DNA of 32,000 bases from Hydrogenibacillus schlegelii (GCF_001653195.1 NZ_JXBB01000006.1:14592-46591); one strand, 5' to 3'; shown: positions 14,812-24,269, counted from the stretch's first letter. Notes: generated from the sequence alone by a model not told the origin. Numbers and translations are program-made.

Positions 14812-16068
14812 ATGGATAGAAGTCGCGGCAAGATCGAAGGTCGCGGAGCGAACGGGACGGAAGCGCGAAGAAAACGAGCAGCGGAAGGACGAAAAACGGC
14901 GAGAGTCCAGGAGAACGAGGCGGGGCGCGCGATGGAGCGGGAGAGGGCAGAAATGCGGGAAGAGGGCGCACAAAAGCGGGAAGGACGGCGGTTTCGGCTC
15001 GACCGGGAGGCGATTTACGCGCATCCGCGCGTCATTTTTTTGCGCGATCTCATTCCCATCGATCGGTATCTCGACGAGCTGGAGGCGGCGATCAACGCCG
15101 TCTTCGTCGCCCGAGGCGAGACGGTCGTCCAGAAGCGGCGGGTGGTGGCGCTTCGGGCGACGGACGACGATCGGCTCGTGTCGGCCTTCAAGGCGGCGAT
15201 GTACCTCGGCAATTACCACGACATGGCGAACCGCGAGCGGTTTTTGAAGCGGATGGTCCGGGGGGAACATTCGTACGAGCCGATCCGCGGCGAGTCGATC
15301 TTGTTCCTCTTTATCGGCGTGGGAAAGCCGGTCTACGACCATCTCGTGACGTACAGCGTCGGCCGGACGACGCGGATCGCCGCCGGACAGCGGGCCAATC
15401 TCCCGTGGGGGTATGAGGTGCCGGTCGAGGCGAAGCACCCGGAGCGGTACATCGAGATGAACCTGCCTCGCATCCGGGAGGTCGTCCAGTGGGTGACGCG
15501 CTCGGCGGACAACCCCGACCCCGAGCAACTGCAGGCGATGCGGTCCTCGCTTCCGGTCGGCTACATCATGCCGCCGTTTTTGCTGGAGTTCAGCGAGGAG
15601 GCGTTGATCAAGCACGTCTTTCGGCAGCGGCTGTTCGAAAAAGGGGCTCAAGGGGCGACGGTCGACGTCGTGAGCGACATGTGGGAGGCGGTGCTCGCGA
15701 TCGATCGGGAGAAGTGGGAGACGCTCTACGATTACCACGGGCCGCATCTCCCCCGGTGGCGGCGGGCGATGCGCCGGCTCAGAGACGAGAAGACGACCCT
15801 TTCGGCGCTCCTCGAGGCGGCGGGCGTGCCGGTGGAGCGGCTTCCGGACGGGCGGCTCGCCGTCCCGGATCGGGAGCTGTATCCACTGCTCATGGAGACG
15901 GTCGGCAAGCTCCCGCCGACGATGTGGGAGCGGCAGGCGGCGGTCGGCGCCGACCGGCCGTCGGGAAAAAGCCGCCGGCCGGAGGAACGCCGTCGATCGG
16001 AGGAACGCGGGCGGCCGGAAGGACGGAGCGGATCGGAGGCGGCCGGCCGACCGGACGGTTTGAGGTGA
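14812..16068 (+). CDS. conserved-looking hypothetical protein with Lys/Arg/Glu-rich N- and C-terminal tails (possible remote ThyX-like core)
   Basis: The central ~300 aa read like a globular protein (HSYEPIRGESILFLFIGVGKPVYDHLVTYSVGRTTRIAAGQRA..., FLLEFSEEALIKHVFRQRLF). There is no SD before ATG 14812. ATG 14953 (GGGAGAGGG 6 nt upstream) or ATG 14932 may be the true start. Function not recognised. Confidence 0.6.
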   Translation: MDRSRGKIEGRGANGTEARRKRAAEGRKTARVQENEAGRAMERERAEMREEGAQKREGRRFRLDREAIYAHPRVIFLRDLIPIDRYLDELEAAINAVFVARGETVVQKRRVVALRATDDDRLVSAFKAAMYLGNYHDMANRERFLKRMVRGEHSYEPIRGESILFLFIGVGKPVYDHLVTYSVGRTTRIAAGQRANLPWGYEVPVEAKHPERYIEMNLPRIREVVQWVTRSADNPDPEQLQAMRSSLPVGYIMPPFLLEFSEEALIKHVFRQRLFEKGAQGATVDVVSDMWEAVLAIDREKWETLYDYHGPHLPRWRRAMRRLRDEKTTLSALLEAAGVPVERLPDGRLAVPDRELYPLLMETVGKLPPTMWERQAAVGADRPSGKSRRPEERRRSEERGRPEGRSGSEAAGRPDGLR

Positions 16069-16072
16069 TTCG

Positions 16073-17857
16073 GTGCGGCTGTTTCGCGAACTCGGTTGGT
16101 TTTTCTGGCAGGAACGCCGGGCGTATGGGCTCGGCGCGCTCTTTTTGGTCGTCATCGCGTGCATCAATCTGCTCCCCCCGTACTGGGTCGGCCGGACGGT
16201 CGATGCGATCCGGTCGGGGACGGTGACGCCGGCGGAGCTTGCGCGAACGAGTCTGGCGATCCTCGCCGTGGCGGGGGTGTCGTATGCCCTCCGGTACGGG
16301 TGGCGACTTTATCTGTTCGGGAGCGCATATCGGCTCGGGATGCTCCTTCGCAACCGGCTGTTCGCCCGGTTTGTGCGGCTTACGCCGGCGTTTTACCAGC
16401 GGGAGCAGGTGGGCGACCTCCTCGCTCACGTGACGAACGACGTGGAGGCGCTGGAGGCGGCCGCCGGCGAAGGGGTGATGACGCTCGTCGATGCGGTGAG
16501 CATGGGCTGGCTCGTCGTCGGCATGCTGTTCTGGCTCGACGGGCGGCTGGCCCTCGTCGCTCTCTTGCCGATGCCGGCGATCGCCGTCCTGACGAAGCGC
16601 CTCGGAGATGCGATGCACGAGCGCTTCGAGCGGGCCCAGGGGGCGTTCAGCGCCCTGTCCGCCAAGGTGCAGGAGGGGATCGGCGGCCTCCGGGTGCTTC
16701 GGGCGCTCGGCCAGACGGATCGGGAGGTCGAAGCGTTCCGGCGGGCGGCGGAGGCGGCGGCCCGGGAAAACGTCGAGGTGGCCAAGATCGACGCGCTGTA
16801 TTATCCGGTGATTTTTTTCTTCGTCGGGCTGTCGTACTTTCTCACCGTCGCCGTCGGCGCGCTGTTCATCGTGCAGGGGACGCTCACGCTGGGAACGCTC
16901 ACGTCGTTTACGATGTACCTCGGGCACCTCATCTGGCCGATGCTCGCCTTCGGGTATCTGTTCAACATCATGGAGCGGGGGAGCGCCTCGTACGACCGGA
17001 TCCGGCGGCTTCTTACGGCGGAGCCGGCGGTCGCGGACCGACCGGGGGCGGATCCGCGGCCGCCTCGGGGGCCGATCGCGATCCGCATCCGGCGCTTCGC
17101 CTACCCGAATGCGGCGGCGCCGGCGTTGGAAGCGGTGTTCGTCGATCTGCCGGAAGGGGCGACCCTCGGCGTCGTCGGTCCGGTCGGAGCCGGGAAATCG
17201 ACGCTCCTTCGCCTTCTCGTCCGGGAGTATGACGTCGAAGACGGAGAGATCGCGATCGGGGGCCGGCCCCTTTCGGCGTTCACCCTCTCCGCCCTTCGGA
17301 CGGCGGTCGTCTACGTCCCGCAGGAGCCGATCCTCTTTTCGGCGACGGTGCGGGAGAACATCGCCTTTGCCCGGCCGGAGGCGCCGTTTGAGGCGATCGT
17401 GCGGGCGGCCAGGCTGGCGGAGCTCCACGACGACATCGTCCGGTTTCCGGAGGGGTATGAGACGCCGATCGGGGAACGGGGGGTGACCCTCTCCGGCGGG
17501 CAACGGCAGCGCCTCGCCCTCGCCCGGGCGCTCCTTCTGGATCCGGAGGTGCTCGTCATCGACGACGGCCTGTCGGCGGTGGACGGCCGGACGGAGGCGC
17601 GCATCCTGGCCAACCTTCGGGCGGAGCGCCGGGGCAGGACGACGATCATCGCCGCCCACCGCCTGAGCGCCGTCGAGGCGGCGGATCGCATCCTCGTCCT
17701 GATCGACGGGCGGGTGGCGGAGTTGGGGGATCATGCGTCGCTCATGGCCGCCGGAGGGTGGTACGCCCGGACGTACCGGCGGCAGAAGCAGTGGGCGGCC
17801 ATGCGGGAGACGCTTAAGCAAGCGGAGGGACCCAGCGTTGGACGGCGGGAAGCGTGA
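16073..17857 (+). CDS. ABC exporter permease/ATPase half-transporter (heterodimer subunit with degenerate Walker B)
   Basis: Six-TM type-I exporter domain plus NBD. Walker A GPVGAGKST, signature LSGGQRQRLALARAL. Walker B is VLVIDDGLSAVD, with Asp (17564-17566) where the catalytic Glu is expected. GTG start with GAGGTGA upstream. Confidence 0.9.
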   Translation: MRLFRELGWFFWQERRAYGLGALFLVVIACINLLPPYWVGRTVDAIRSGTVTPAELARTSLAILAVAGVSYALRYGWRLYLFGSAYRLGMLLRNRLFARFVRLTPAFYQREQVGDLLAHVTNDVEALEAAAGEGVMTLVDAVSMGWLVVGMLFWLDGRLALVALLPMPAIAVLTKRLGDAMHERFERAQGAFSALSAKVQEGIGGLRVLRALGQTDREVEAFRRAAEAAARENVEVAKIDALYYPVIFFFVGLSYFLTVAVGALFIVQGTLTLGTLTSFTMYLGHLIWPMLAFGYLFNIMERGSASYDRIRRLLTAEPAVADRPGADPRPPRGPIAIRIRRFAYPNAAAPALEAVFVDLPEGATLGVVGPVGAGKSTLLRLLVREYDVEDGEIAIGGRPLSAFTLSALRTAVVYVPQEPILFSATVRENIAFARPEAPFEAIVRAARLAELHDDIVRFPEGYETPIGERGVTLSGGQRQRLALARALLLDPEVLVIDDGLSAVDGRTEARILANLRAERRGRTTIIAAHRLSAVEAADRILVLIDGRVAELGDHASLMAAGGWYARTYRRQKQWAAMRETLKQAEGPSVGRREA

Positions 17858-19640
17858 CGCGGCGGACGAGCGGGTCGAGTACGGCGTCCGGCGGGCCCGC
17901 CGCGTCGGCCGACGGCTGCTTCGGTATGCGGGGCGGGAGTGGCGGCTTTTTCTCGTCGGGTTCGCGTTCCTGTTTCTGGCCACCGCCGGGAACGTCCTCG
18001 GGCCGGCCCTCATCCGGCGGTTTATCGACCGGCACCTCGTCCCCGGCGATTTTGCGCCGAAGCCGCTTTTGCTGCTGGCGGCGGCGTATCTCCTTTCGCT
18101 CGTGCTCACGGCGGTTTTTCAGTTTTTGCAGTATGTGGCGTTCGGAAAGGCGGCCCAGCGGATCGTCCTCCGGATCCGGATGGACGTCTACCGGCGGGCG
18201 ACGGGGTTTGCCATGGCGTTTTACGACCGGGTGCCGTCCGGGTGGCTCGTCTCCCGGGTGACGAACGACACCGAGGCGCTCAAGGAGCTGTACGCCACGG
18301 TCATCGCCGCTTTTGTGCAAAACGGGGTGTTCCTCCTCGGGGTGACGGGGGCGCTCTTCATCCTCGATCCCCGGTCGGCTCTCTGGCTCGTCTGGGTGCT
18401 TCCGGCGGCCTTCGGGCTCATGGTCGCCTACCGGCGGCTTTCGGACGGCGTCGTCCGCGCGGTGCGGAAGACGCTCTCGGCGCTCAGCGGCTTTTTGGGC
18501 GAGGCGCTCGCCGGCATGCGGGTCATTCAGGCGTACCGGCAGGAGGGCCGGTTTCAGGAGCGGTTTGAGGCGCTCACGGCGACGGCCTACGGCGCCCAGC
18601 TTCGGCGGATCCGGCTGAACGCCCTTCTCGTCCGTCCGGCGGTCGACGTCCTCTACCTTCTCGCCCTCGTCGTCCTCGTCGACGTCTTCGGGCTCCGGTC
18701 CCTCACCGGCGCCGTTTCCCTCGGCGTGCTGGTGGCGTTCATCGCGTATGTCGACCGGATGTTTGAGCCGGTGAACGAGATGATGTTCAGCTTGACCTTT
18801 CTGCAGGGAGCGCTCGTCGCCGGCGAGCGGGTTTTCGGGCTTCTCGATCACGAGGAGCCGTTCTTTAAGCCCGAGCGGCTGGCGCCGGGCGGGATCCGGG
18901 AAGGGCGGATCGAGTTTCGCGACGTGTCGTTTGCGTACGATCCGGCCCATCCGGTGCTCGACGGGGTGACGTTCACGGTCGAGCCGGGACAGACGGTCGC
19001 GCTCGTCGGCCCCACCGGCGCCGGCAAATCGACGATCGCCGGCCTCATCCTCCGCTTTTACCGGCCGACCGCCGGCGAGATCCGGATCGACGGCCGGCCG
19101 CTCGACGACTACGACGAGGCGGTGCTCCGGCGGGACGTCGGATATGTGCTTCAGGAGCCGTTTTTGTTCGGCGGCGACGTGGCGTTCAACATCCGGCTTT
19201 ATGACGACGTTCCGGAGGAAGCGGTCGCGCAGGCGGCGGCGTTCGTCGGCCTCGACCGGCGCCTGGCGCGCCTTCCGGAGGGGCTTCGGACGCCGGTGAT
19301 GGAGCGCGGGGCGGCGCTTTCCGCCGGAGAGCGGCAGCTCGTCGCTTTTGCCCGGGTCATGCTTCGAAACCCGAAAATCCTCATCCTGGACGAGGCGACG
19401 GCGAGCGTCGATTCGGAGACGGAGGCGCTGATCGAGGAGGCCCTCGCGCGGATGCGGCGGGACCGGACGACGATCATCATCGCCCACCGGCTGTCGACGA
19501 TCCAGAAGGCCGACCGGATCTTCGTCCTCTCCCGGGGCCGGATTGTCGAAGCCGGGACGCACGAGACGCTCATGGCCAAAGGCGGTCTATACGCGACGAT
19601 GGTCCGGTTGCAGACGGAAGGGGAGGCGGATTTCGGCTGA
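17838..19640 (+). CDS. ABC exporter permease/ATPase half-transporter (heterodimer partner with degenerate signature motif)
   Basis: Walker A GPTGAGKST and a canonical Walker B ILILDEATASVD. The signature is LSAGERQ (19317-19337) instead of LSGGQ. TTG 17838 (GGAGG at 17824-17828) gives a 20-nt overlap with the partner; the track start at 17733 lies deep in the partner gene. Confidence 0.88.
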   Translation: MDGGKRDAADERVEYGVRRARRVGRRLLRYAGREWRLFLVGFAFLFLATAGNVLGPALIRRFIDRHLVPGDFAPKPLLLLAAAYLLSLVLTAVFQFLQYVAFGKAAQRIVLRIRMDVYRRATGFAMAFYDRVPSGWLVSRVTNDTEALKELYATVIAAFVQNGVFLLGVTGALFILDPRSALWLVWVLPAAFGLMVAYRRLSDGVVRAVRKTLSALSGFLGEALAGMRVIQAYRQEGRFQERFEALTATAYGAQLRRIRLNALLVRPAVDVLYLLALVVLVDVFGLRSLTGAVSLGVLVAFIAYVDRMFEPVNEMMFSLTFLQGALVAGERVFGLLDHEEPFFKPERLAPGGIREGRIEFRDVSFAYDPAHPVLDGVTFTVEPGQTVALVGPTGAGKSTIAGLILRFYRPTAGEIRIDGRPLDDYDEAVLRRDVGYVLQEPFLFGGDVAFNIRLYDDVPEEAVAQAAAFVGLDRRLARLPEGLRTPVMERGAALSAGERQLVAFARVMLRNPKILILDEATASVDSETEALIEEALARMRRDRTTIIIAHRLSTIQKADRIFVLSRGRIVEAGTHETLMAKGGLYATMVRLQTEGEADFG

Positions 19641-19675
19641 CGGGCGGGGGGCGTCAGGACGACCGGCGGTGCGGC

Positions 19676-19744
19676 CGGCGGGAAAGGCGCGGCGGCGGGA
19701 AGGCGCGGCGGCGGGAAGGCGCGGCGACCGGCGGGAAGGCGCGA
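19676..19744. repeat. intergenic tandem repeat, four copies of a 16-17-nt unit plus degenerate copies to ~19790
   Basis: CGGCGGGA(A)AGGCGCGG occurs at 19676, 19693, 19709 and (after CGAC) 19729. Decaying copies (CGGCGGGAC, GGGCGGGAAGG) follow. Confidence 0.9.
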
Positions 19745-19906
19745 CGGCGGGACGGGCGATGGGACGGGCGGGAAGGGGGACGGACGGCCGGTGAGGTGCG
19801 CGCGACGGCCGGCAGGAGTTTTTCGTCCCGGCGGCGAATCCCCCAAGGAACGAGGGATCGGAAAAAGATCGGCCCAAGCGGGCATCCTGTAAAGGAGGCG
19901 GGAGGC

Positions 19907-20887
19907 TTGAGCGATCGGCGCATTTTCGTCAGCCGGCGTCTTCCGGAAGCGGTGCTGGCGCCGCTCCGGTCGCTCGGGACGGTCGAGGTCTGGCCGGAAG
20001 AAACCGTCCCGCCGCCGCGGGAGGTGCTCCTCGAAGCGGCGGCGCGCGCCCGGGCGATGCTCACCCTGATCACCGACCGGATCGACGCCGAAATGATCGA
20101 ACGGGCGGAGTCGCTCGCGATCATCGCCAACATGGCCGTCGGGTACAACAACATCGACGTCGCCGCGGCCCGGCGGCGGGGCATCTGGGTGACGAACACG
20201 CCGGACGTTTTGACCGAGACGACGGCCGATCTCGTCATGGCGCTCCTGCTCGCGGCGATGCGGCGGCTTCCGCAGGCGGAGCGGGCCCTTCGGGAGAGGC
20301 AGTGGCAGGGCTGGTCGCCGTTTGACTTCGTCGGCCTGGACGTTCACGGCAAGCGCCTCGGCATCTTCGGCATGGGCCGGATCGGCCGGGCGGTCGCCCG
20401 GCGGGCCCGGGGATTCGACATGGAGATCCTCTACCACAACCGCCGGCGCCTGCCGGAGGCGGTCGAGCGGGGCATCCCGGCCCGGTACGTCGACTTTGCC
20501 GCCCTCGTCCAGGAGAGCGACGTCCTCGTCATCCTGGCGCCGTACGCGCCGGAGCTCTACCACCGGTTCAACCGGGAGGTGCTGTACGGGATGAAGCGCG
20601 GCGCGGTGCTCATCGTCGCGTCCCGGGGCGGCATCGTCGACGAGGCCGCCCTCGTCGAAGTGCTTCGGGCCGGTCACCTGGCGGCGGCGGGCCTCGACGT
20701 CTTCGAAACGGAGCCGATCCCGCCGGATCATCCGCTTCTTACGGTCGAAAACGCCGTCCTTTTGCCCCACATCGGGAGCGCCACGGTCGAAACCCGCCTC
20801 AAGATGGCCGAACGGGCGGTGGACAACATCGTCCGGGTGCTCACCGGCCGGCCGCCTCGGGATCCGGTCGACGCCGACGGGCCGTAA
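19907..20887 (+). CDS. D-isomer-specific 2-hydroxyacid dehydrogenase (glyoxylate/hydroxypyruvate reductase-like)
   Basis: Start at TTG 19907 (AAAGGAGG / GGGAGG upstream). NAD fold GIFGMGRIGRAVARRA and catalytic region ASRGGIVDEAAL...GLDVFETEP...PHIGSAT. Confidence 0.88.
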   Translation: MSDRRIFVSRRLPEAVLAPLRSLGTVEVWPEETVPPPREVLLEAAARARAMLTLITDRIDAEMIERAESLAIIANMAVGYNNIDVAAARRRGIWVTNTPDVLTETTADLVMALLLAAMRRLPQAERALRERQWQGWSPFDFVGLDVHGKRLGIFGMGRIGRAVARRARGFDMEILYHNRRRLPEAVERGIPARYVDFAALVQESDVLVILAPYAPELYHRFNREVLYGMKRGAVLIVASRGGIVDEAALVEVLRAGHLAAAGLDVFETEPIPPDHPLLTVENAVLLPHIGSATVETRLKMAERAVDNIVRVLTGRPPRDPVDADGP

Positions 20888-21060
20888 CCGGGAAGGGGCG
20901 GCCAAAGCGGCGGCGTTGCGGGGATCGCCGGGGAAGGAAAAGAAGCGCCGCCGATCGGCCGGGTCGCCGATGCGGGCGCTTTCGGGCGACGGAAGCGCCG
21001 GGAGGACGATGCCGGCGCCTTTTACGGCGGAAGAAGCGGGAGAGGCAGCGGCGAAAAGGA

Positions 21061-21088
21061 TGACGCCGGTGCCTTTTTCCGGTATAAT
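21061..21088 (+). promoter_or_regulatory. candidate sigma-A promoter for aconitase
   Basis: TGACGC (21061-21066), 16-nt spacer, consensus TATAAT (21083-21088). It sits 80 nt upstream of the ATG. Confidence 0.5.
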
Positions 21089-21168
21089 GGTGCTGATCAG
21101 AGAAACGAAGTTCTGTCAAACGAAACAACGGCGCCGGCCCGGCGGCCGGCGGATGAGGAGGCGGCGCC

Positions 21169-23859
21169 ATGGACGTTCGGACCCTTTGGCGGGAGCTTAT
21201 CGTCGACGGGAAGACGTACCGCTACGTCGCCCTGCCGGAACTTCGGCATTTCGGCTATCGGCCGGAGCGGCTCCCGTTTTCCATCCGGGTGCTCCTCGAG
21301 GCGGCGATCCGGCAGCTCGACGGTCGGGCGATCACCGAGGAGCACGTCCGGCTCATCGCCGGCTGGGAGACGGCGGACAAGACGAAGGAGATCCCCTTTT
21401 TGCCGGCGCGAATCGTGCTCCAGGATTTTACCGGCGTGCCGGCGGTCGTCGACCTCGCGGCGATGCGGGAGGCGATGGCGAAGCGGGGCGGCGATCCGCG
21501 GCGGATCAACCCCCTCGTGCCGGTCGACCTCGTCATCGACCATTCGGTCATGGTCGACGTCTACGGCTCCAAAGAAGCCCTCGAGGCGAACATGGAGTAC
21601 GAATTCCGGCGGAACATGGAACGCTACCGCTTCCTCCGCTGGGCGCAGAAAGCGTTTGACGACTTCCGGGTCGTGCCGCCGGCGACGGGGATCGTCCATC
21701 AGGTCAACCTCGAATATCTCGCCACCCTCGTCCGGGAAAAGGAGACGCCGGACGGGACGGTGCTCTTCCCCGATTCCCTCGTCGGCACCGACTCCCACAC
21801 GACGATGATCAACGGCCTCGGCGTCGTCGGCTGGGGCGTCGGCGGCATCGAGGCGGAGGCGGGCATGCTCGGCCAGCCGCTCTATTTCCTCCTGCCGGAG
21901 GTCGTCGGCTTCCGCCTGACGGGGAAGCTCCCGGAGGGGGCGACGGCGACGGACCTCGTGCTCACGGTGACGCACATCCTGCGGAAAAAAGGCGTCGTCG
22001 GCAAGTTCGTCGAATTTTTCGGCCCCGGGGTCAAGACCCTCTCCCTCGCCGACCGGGCGACGGTGGCGAACATGGCGCCGGAGTACGGCGCGACGATGGG
22101 CTACTTCCCCGTCGACGAAGAGTCGATCCGCTATCTCGCCCTCACCGGCCGGGACGAGGCGCTCGTCCGACGGGTCGAGGCGTACTACAAGGCGCAGGAG
22201 ATGTTCTACGGCGACGGGACGCCGGATCCGGTCTATTCCGACGTCGTGGAACTGGATCTCGCCACCGTCGTGCCGACGATCGCCGGGCCCCGGCGGCCCC
22301 AGGACCGGATCGATCTGGACAAGGCCAGGGCGACGATCGAGACGCTGTTCGAAAAACCCGTCGCGGAAGGCGGTTACGGCCTCGCCGGCGAGGCGCGCGA
22401 GCGGGCGGTCCTTGTCCGGCACCCGAGCGGCGAGACGTCGACGCTCCGGCACGGCTCGATCGTCATCGCCGCCATCACGAGCTGCACGAACACGTCGAAC
22501 CCGAGCGTTATGATCGGCGCCGGCCTCGTCGCCAAAAAGGCCGTCGAACGGGGGCTCAAGGTGCCGCCGTACGTCAAGACCAGCCTCGCGCCGGGTTCGC
22601 GCGTCGTGACTCGCTATCTCGAAGACGCCGGCCTCTTGGAGGCCCTGGAAAAACTGGGGTTTGCCGTCGTCGGCTACGGCTGCACGACATGCATCGGCAA
22701 CAGCGGTCCTCTGCCGGATGAAGTGAGCGCGGCGATCCGGGACGGCGACCTCACCGTGGCCGCGGTCTTAAGCGGCAACCGCAACTTCGAAGGGCGGATC
22801 CACGCCCAGGTGAAGGCGAACTTCCTCGCCTCGCCGCCCCTCGTCGTCGCCTACGCCATCGCCGGGCGGGTCGACATCGATCTCATGACGGAGCCCCTCG
22901 GCACGGACCGGGAAGGGCGGCCGGTCTACCTGAAGGACCTCTGGCCGACGTCCCGGGAGATTCAGGACGCGATCCTCAAGACCGTCACGCCGGAAAAATT
23001 CCGCGAGACGTACCGGGACGTCTTTACCGGCAACAGCCGCTGGAACGCCATCGACGTGCCCGAAGGGATGCTTTACGCCTGGGATCCGAACTCGACGTAC
23101 ATCCAGCATCCGCCGTTTTTTGAAGGGTTGGAGGCGGAGCGCGGCATCCGGGACATCCGCGGGGCGCGGGCGCTGCTTCTCCTCGGCGATTCGGTGACCA
23201 CGGACCACATATCCCCGGCCGGGGCCATCGCCCCGGATTCGCCGGCGGGCCGCTATCTGCTGGAGCGGGGCGTCGCCCAGCGGGACTTCAACTCTTACGG
23301 CTCCCGGCGGGGCAACCATGAGGTGATGATGCGCGGGACGTTCGCCAACATTCGCCTGCGGAACCTGATGCTCCCCGGCACCGAAGGCGGCGTGACGAAG
23401 CATTTCCCCAGCGGCGAGATCATGAGCGTGTACGAGGCGGCCATGCGCTATCGGGCCGCAGGGACGCCGCTTGTCGTCCTCGCCGGAAAAGAATACGGCA
23501 CCGGCTCATCCCGCGACTGGGCGGCCAAGGGGACGGCCCTCCTCGGCATCCGGGCGGTCATCGCCGAAAGCATTGAGCGCATCCACCGGTCGAACCTCGT
23601 CGGCATGGGGGTGCTGCCCCTCGAATTCATGCCCGGCGAAAGCTGGCGGTCCCTCGGCCTGACCGGGGAGGAGATCTTCGACATCGAAGGTCTTCACGAC
23701 GACCTCCGGCCCGGCGCGGTCCTCACCGTCCGGGCGACGCGGCCGGACGGGCGGGTGACGACGTTCAACGTCAAAAGCCGCCTCGACAGCGTCGTCGAGA
23801 TCGATTACTACAAAAACGGCGGCATTTTGCAGACGGTGCTCAAGCAGCTGATGGCATAA
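21169..23859 (+). CDS. acnA: aconitate hydratase A (AcnA/CitB, IRP-type)
   Basis: 896 aa, unmistakable throughout. Contexts include [42 protein letters not shown], the cluster-Cys regions [10 protein letters not shown] and [21 protein letters not shown], and [16 protein letters not shown]. Confidence 0.97.
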   Translation: MDVRTLWRELIVDGKTYRYVALPELRHFGYRPERLPFSIRVLLEAAIRQLDGRAITEEHVRLIAGWETADKTKEIPFLPARIVLQDFTGVPAVVDLAAMREAMAKRGGDPRRINPLVPVDLVIDHSVMVDVYGSKEALEANMEYEFRRNMERYRFLRWAQKAFDDFRVVPPATGIVHQVNLEYLATLVREKETPDGTVLFPDSLVGTDSHTTMINGLGVVGWGVGGIEAEAGMLGQPLYFLLPEVVGFRLTGKLPEGATATDLVLTVTHILRKKGVVGKFVEFFGPGVKTLSLADRATVANMAPEYGATMGYFPVDEESIRYLALTGRDEALVRRVEAYYKAQEMFYGDGTPDPVYSDVVELDLATVVPTIAGPRRPQDRIDLDKARATIETLFEKPVAEGGYGLAGEARERAVLVRHPSGETSTLRHGSIVIAAITSCTNTSNPSVMIGAGLVAKKAVERGLKVPPYVKTSLAPGSRVVTRYLEDAGLLEALEKLGFAVVGYGCTTCIGNSGPLPDEVSAAIRDGDLTVAAVLSGNRNFEGRIHAQVKANFLASPPLVVAYAIAGRVDIDLMTEPLGTDREGRPVYLKDLWPTSREIQDAILKTVTPEKFRETYRDVFTGNSRWNAIDVPEGMLYAWDPNSTYIQHPPFFEGLEAERGIRDIRGARALLLLGDSVTTDHISPAGAIAPDSPAGRYLLERGVAQRDFNSYGSRRGNHEVMMRGTFANIRLRNLMLPGTEGGVTKHFPSGEIMSVYEAAMRYRAAGTPLVVLAGKEYGTGSSRDWAAKGTALLGIRAVIAESIERIHRSNLVGMGVLPLEFMPGESWRSLGLTGEEIFDIEGLHDDLRPGAVLTVRATRPDGRVTTFNVKSRLDSVVEIDYYKNGGILQTVLKQLMA

Positions 23860-24109
23860 AATGGACGCCGCTCGAGCGAGGGGCGACGATCGGCGGCCGT
23901 CCTTCGTGGCGACATCCGTCCGCCGAGGGGGGCAATGCTTTCGGTCCGCCGCCGCGACGGATGCTTGGAATCGGCTGCCCGTCTGGGCGGACCCTGGCCG
24001 CCGGCCGTCCGCCGCGGCGTGTCCTTTTGGAAAAGACGGCCGGTCGGATCCGGCACCGTTTGAGACGGGAAACGGGTTTGTGGAACAGGGATCGGTTTTT
24101 GTGGTTCAG

Positions 24110-24134
24110 GCGCCCCGGCCGGGGCGCTTTTTTT
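24110..24134 (+). terminator. strong rho-independent terminator
   Basis: Stem GCGCCCC / GGGGCGC with loop GGCC, followed by T7. It lies ~250 nt after the acnA stop. Confidence 0.8.
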
Positions 24135-24204
24135 CCGGCCTGTCTCTTGGGGCGGCAGCAGCGCACTTGAAGAATTTTGCTTTACCGTGATAACGGGATA
24201 AAGG

Positions 24205-24232
24205 TTGACAACCGGCGGCGGACGTTTAGAAT
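24205..24232 (+). promoter_or_regulatory. sigma-A promoter of the amino-acid ABC importer operon
   Basis: Consensus TTGACA (24205-24210), 16-nt spacer, TAGAAT (24227-24232). Confidence 0.6.
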
Positions 24233-24237
24233 TAGAG

Positions 24238-24269
24238 GCATATGAATGCACCGCCTCGCAATCATATGC
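24238..24269. promoter_or_regulatory. inverted repeat overlapping the predicted transcription start (candidate operator)
   Basis: GCATATGA (24238-24245), 16-nt spacer, TCATATGC (24262-24269). The 8-bp arms are perfect and begin 6 nt after the -10. Confidence 0.4.

Noticed and set aside
13870-16167. 765-aa minus-strand ORF, with similar giants at 15890-18109, 17814-19562, 10424-11860, 21097-22452, 19199-20905, 4998-6248 and 1434-2522
   Set aside because: These are antisense or off-frame shadows of well-supported genes in very GC-rich DNA. Their products are Arg/Pro/Gly/Asp-rich with no recognisable motifs. The opposite-strand genes carry textbook domain signatures.
19676-19790. Possible CRISPR array or coding Pro/Ala repeat
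   Set aside because: The units are contiguous with no unique spacers and are only 16 nt long. The ORFs across it (19543-19794 plus, 19587-19877 minus) are pure low-complexity.
23861-24190. 109-aa ORF downstream of aconitase
   Set aside because: It has no SD and a low-complexity product, and it runs through a strong terminator hairpin. I treat the region as 3' UTR or possible sRNA instead.
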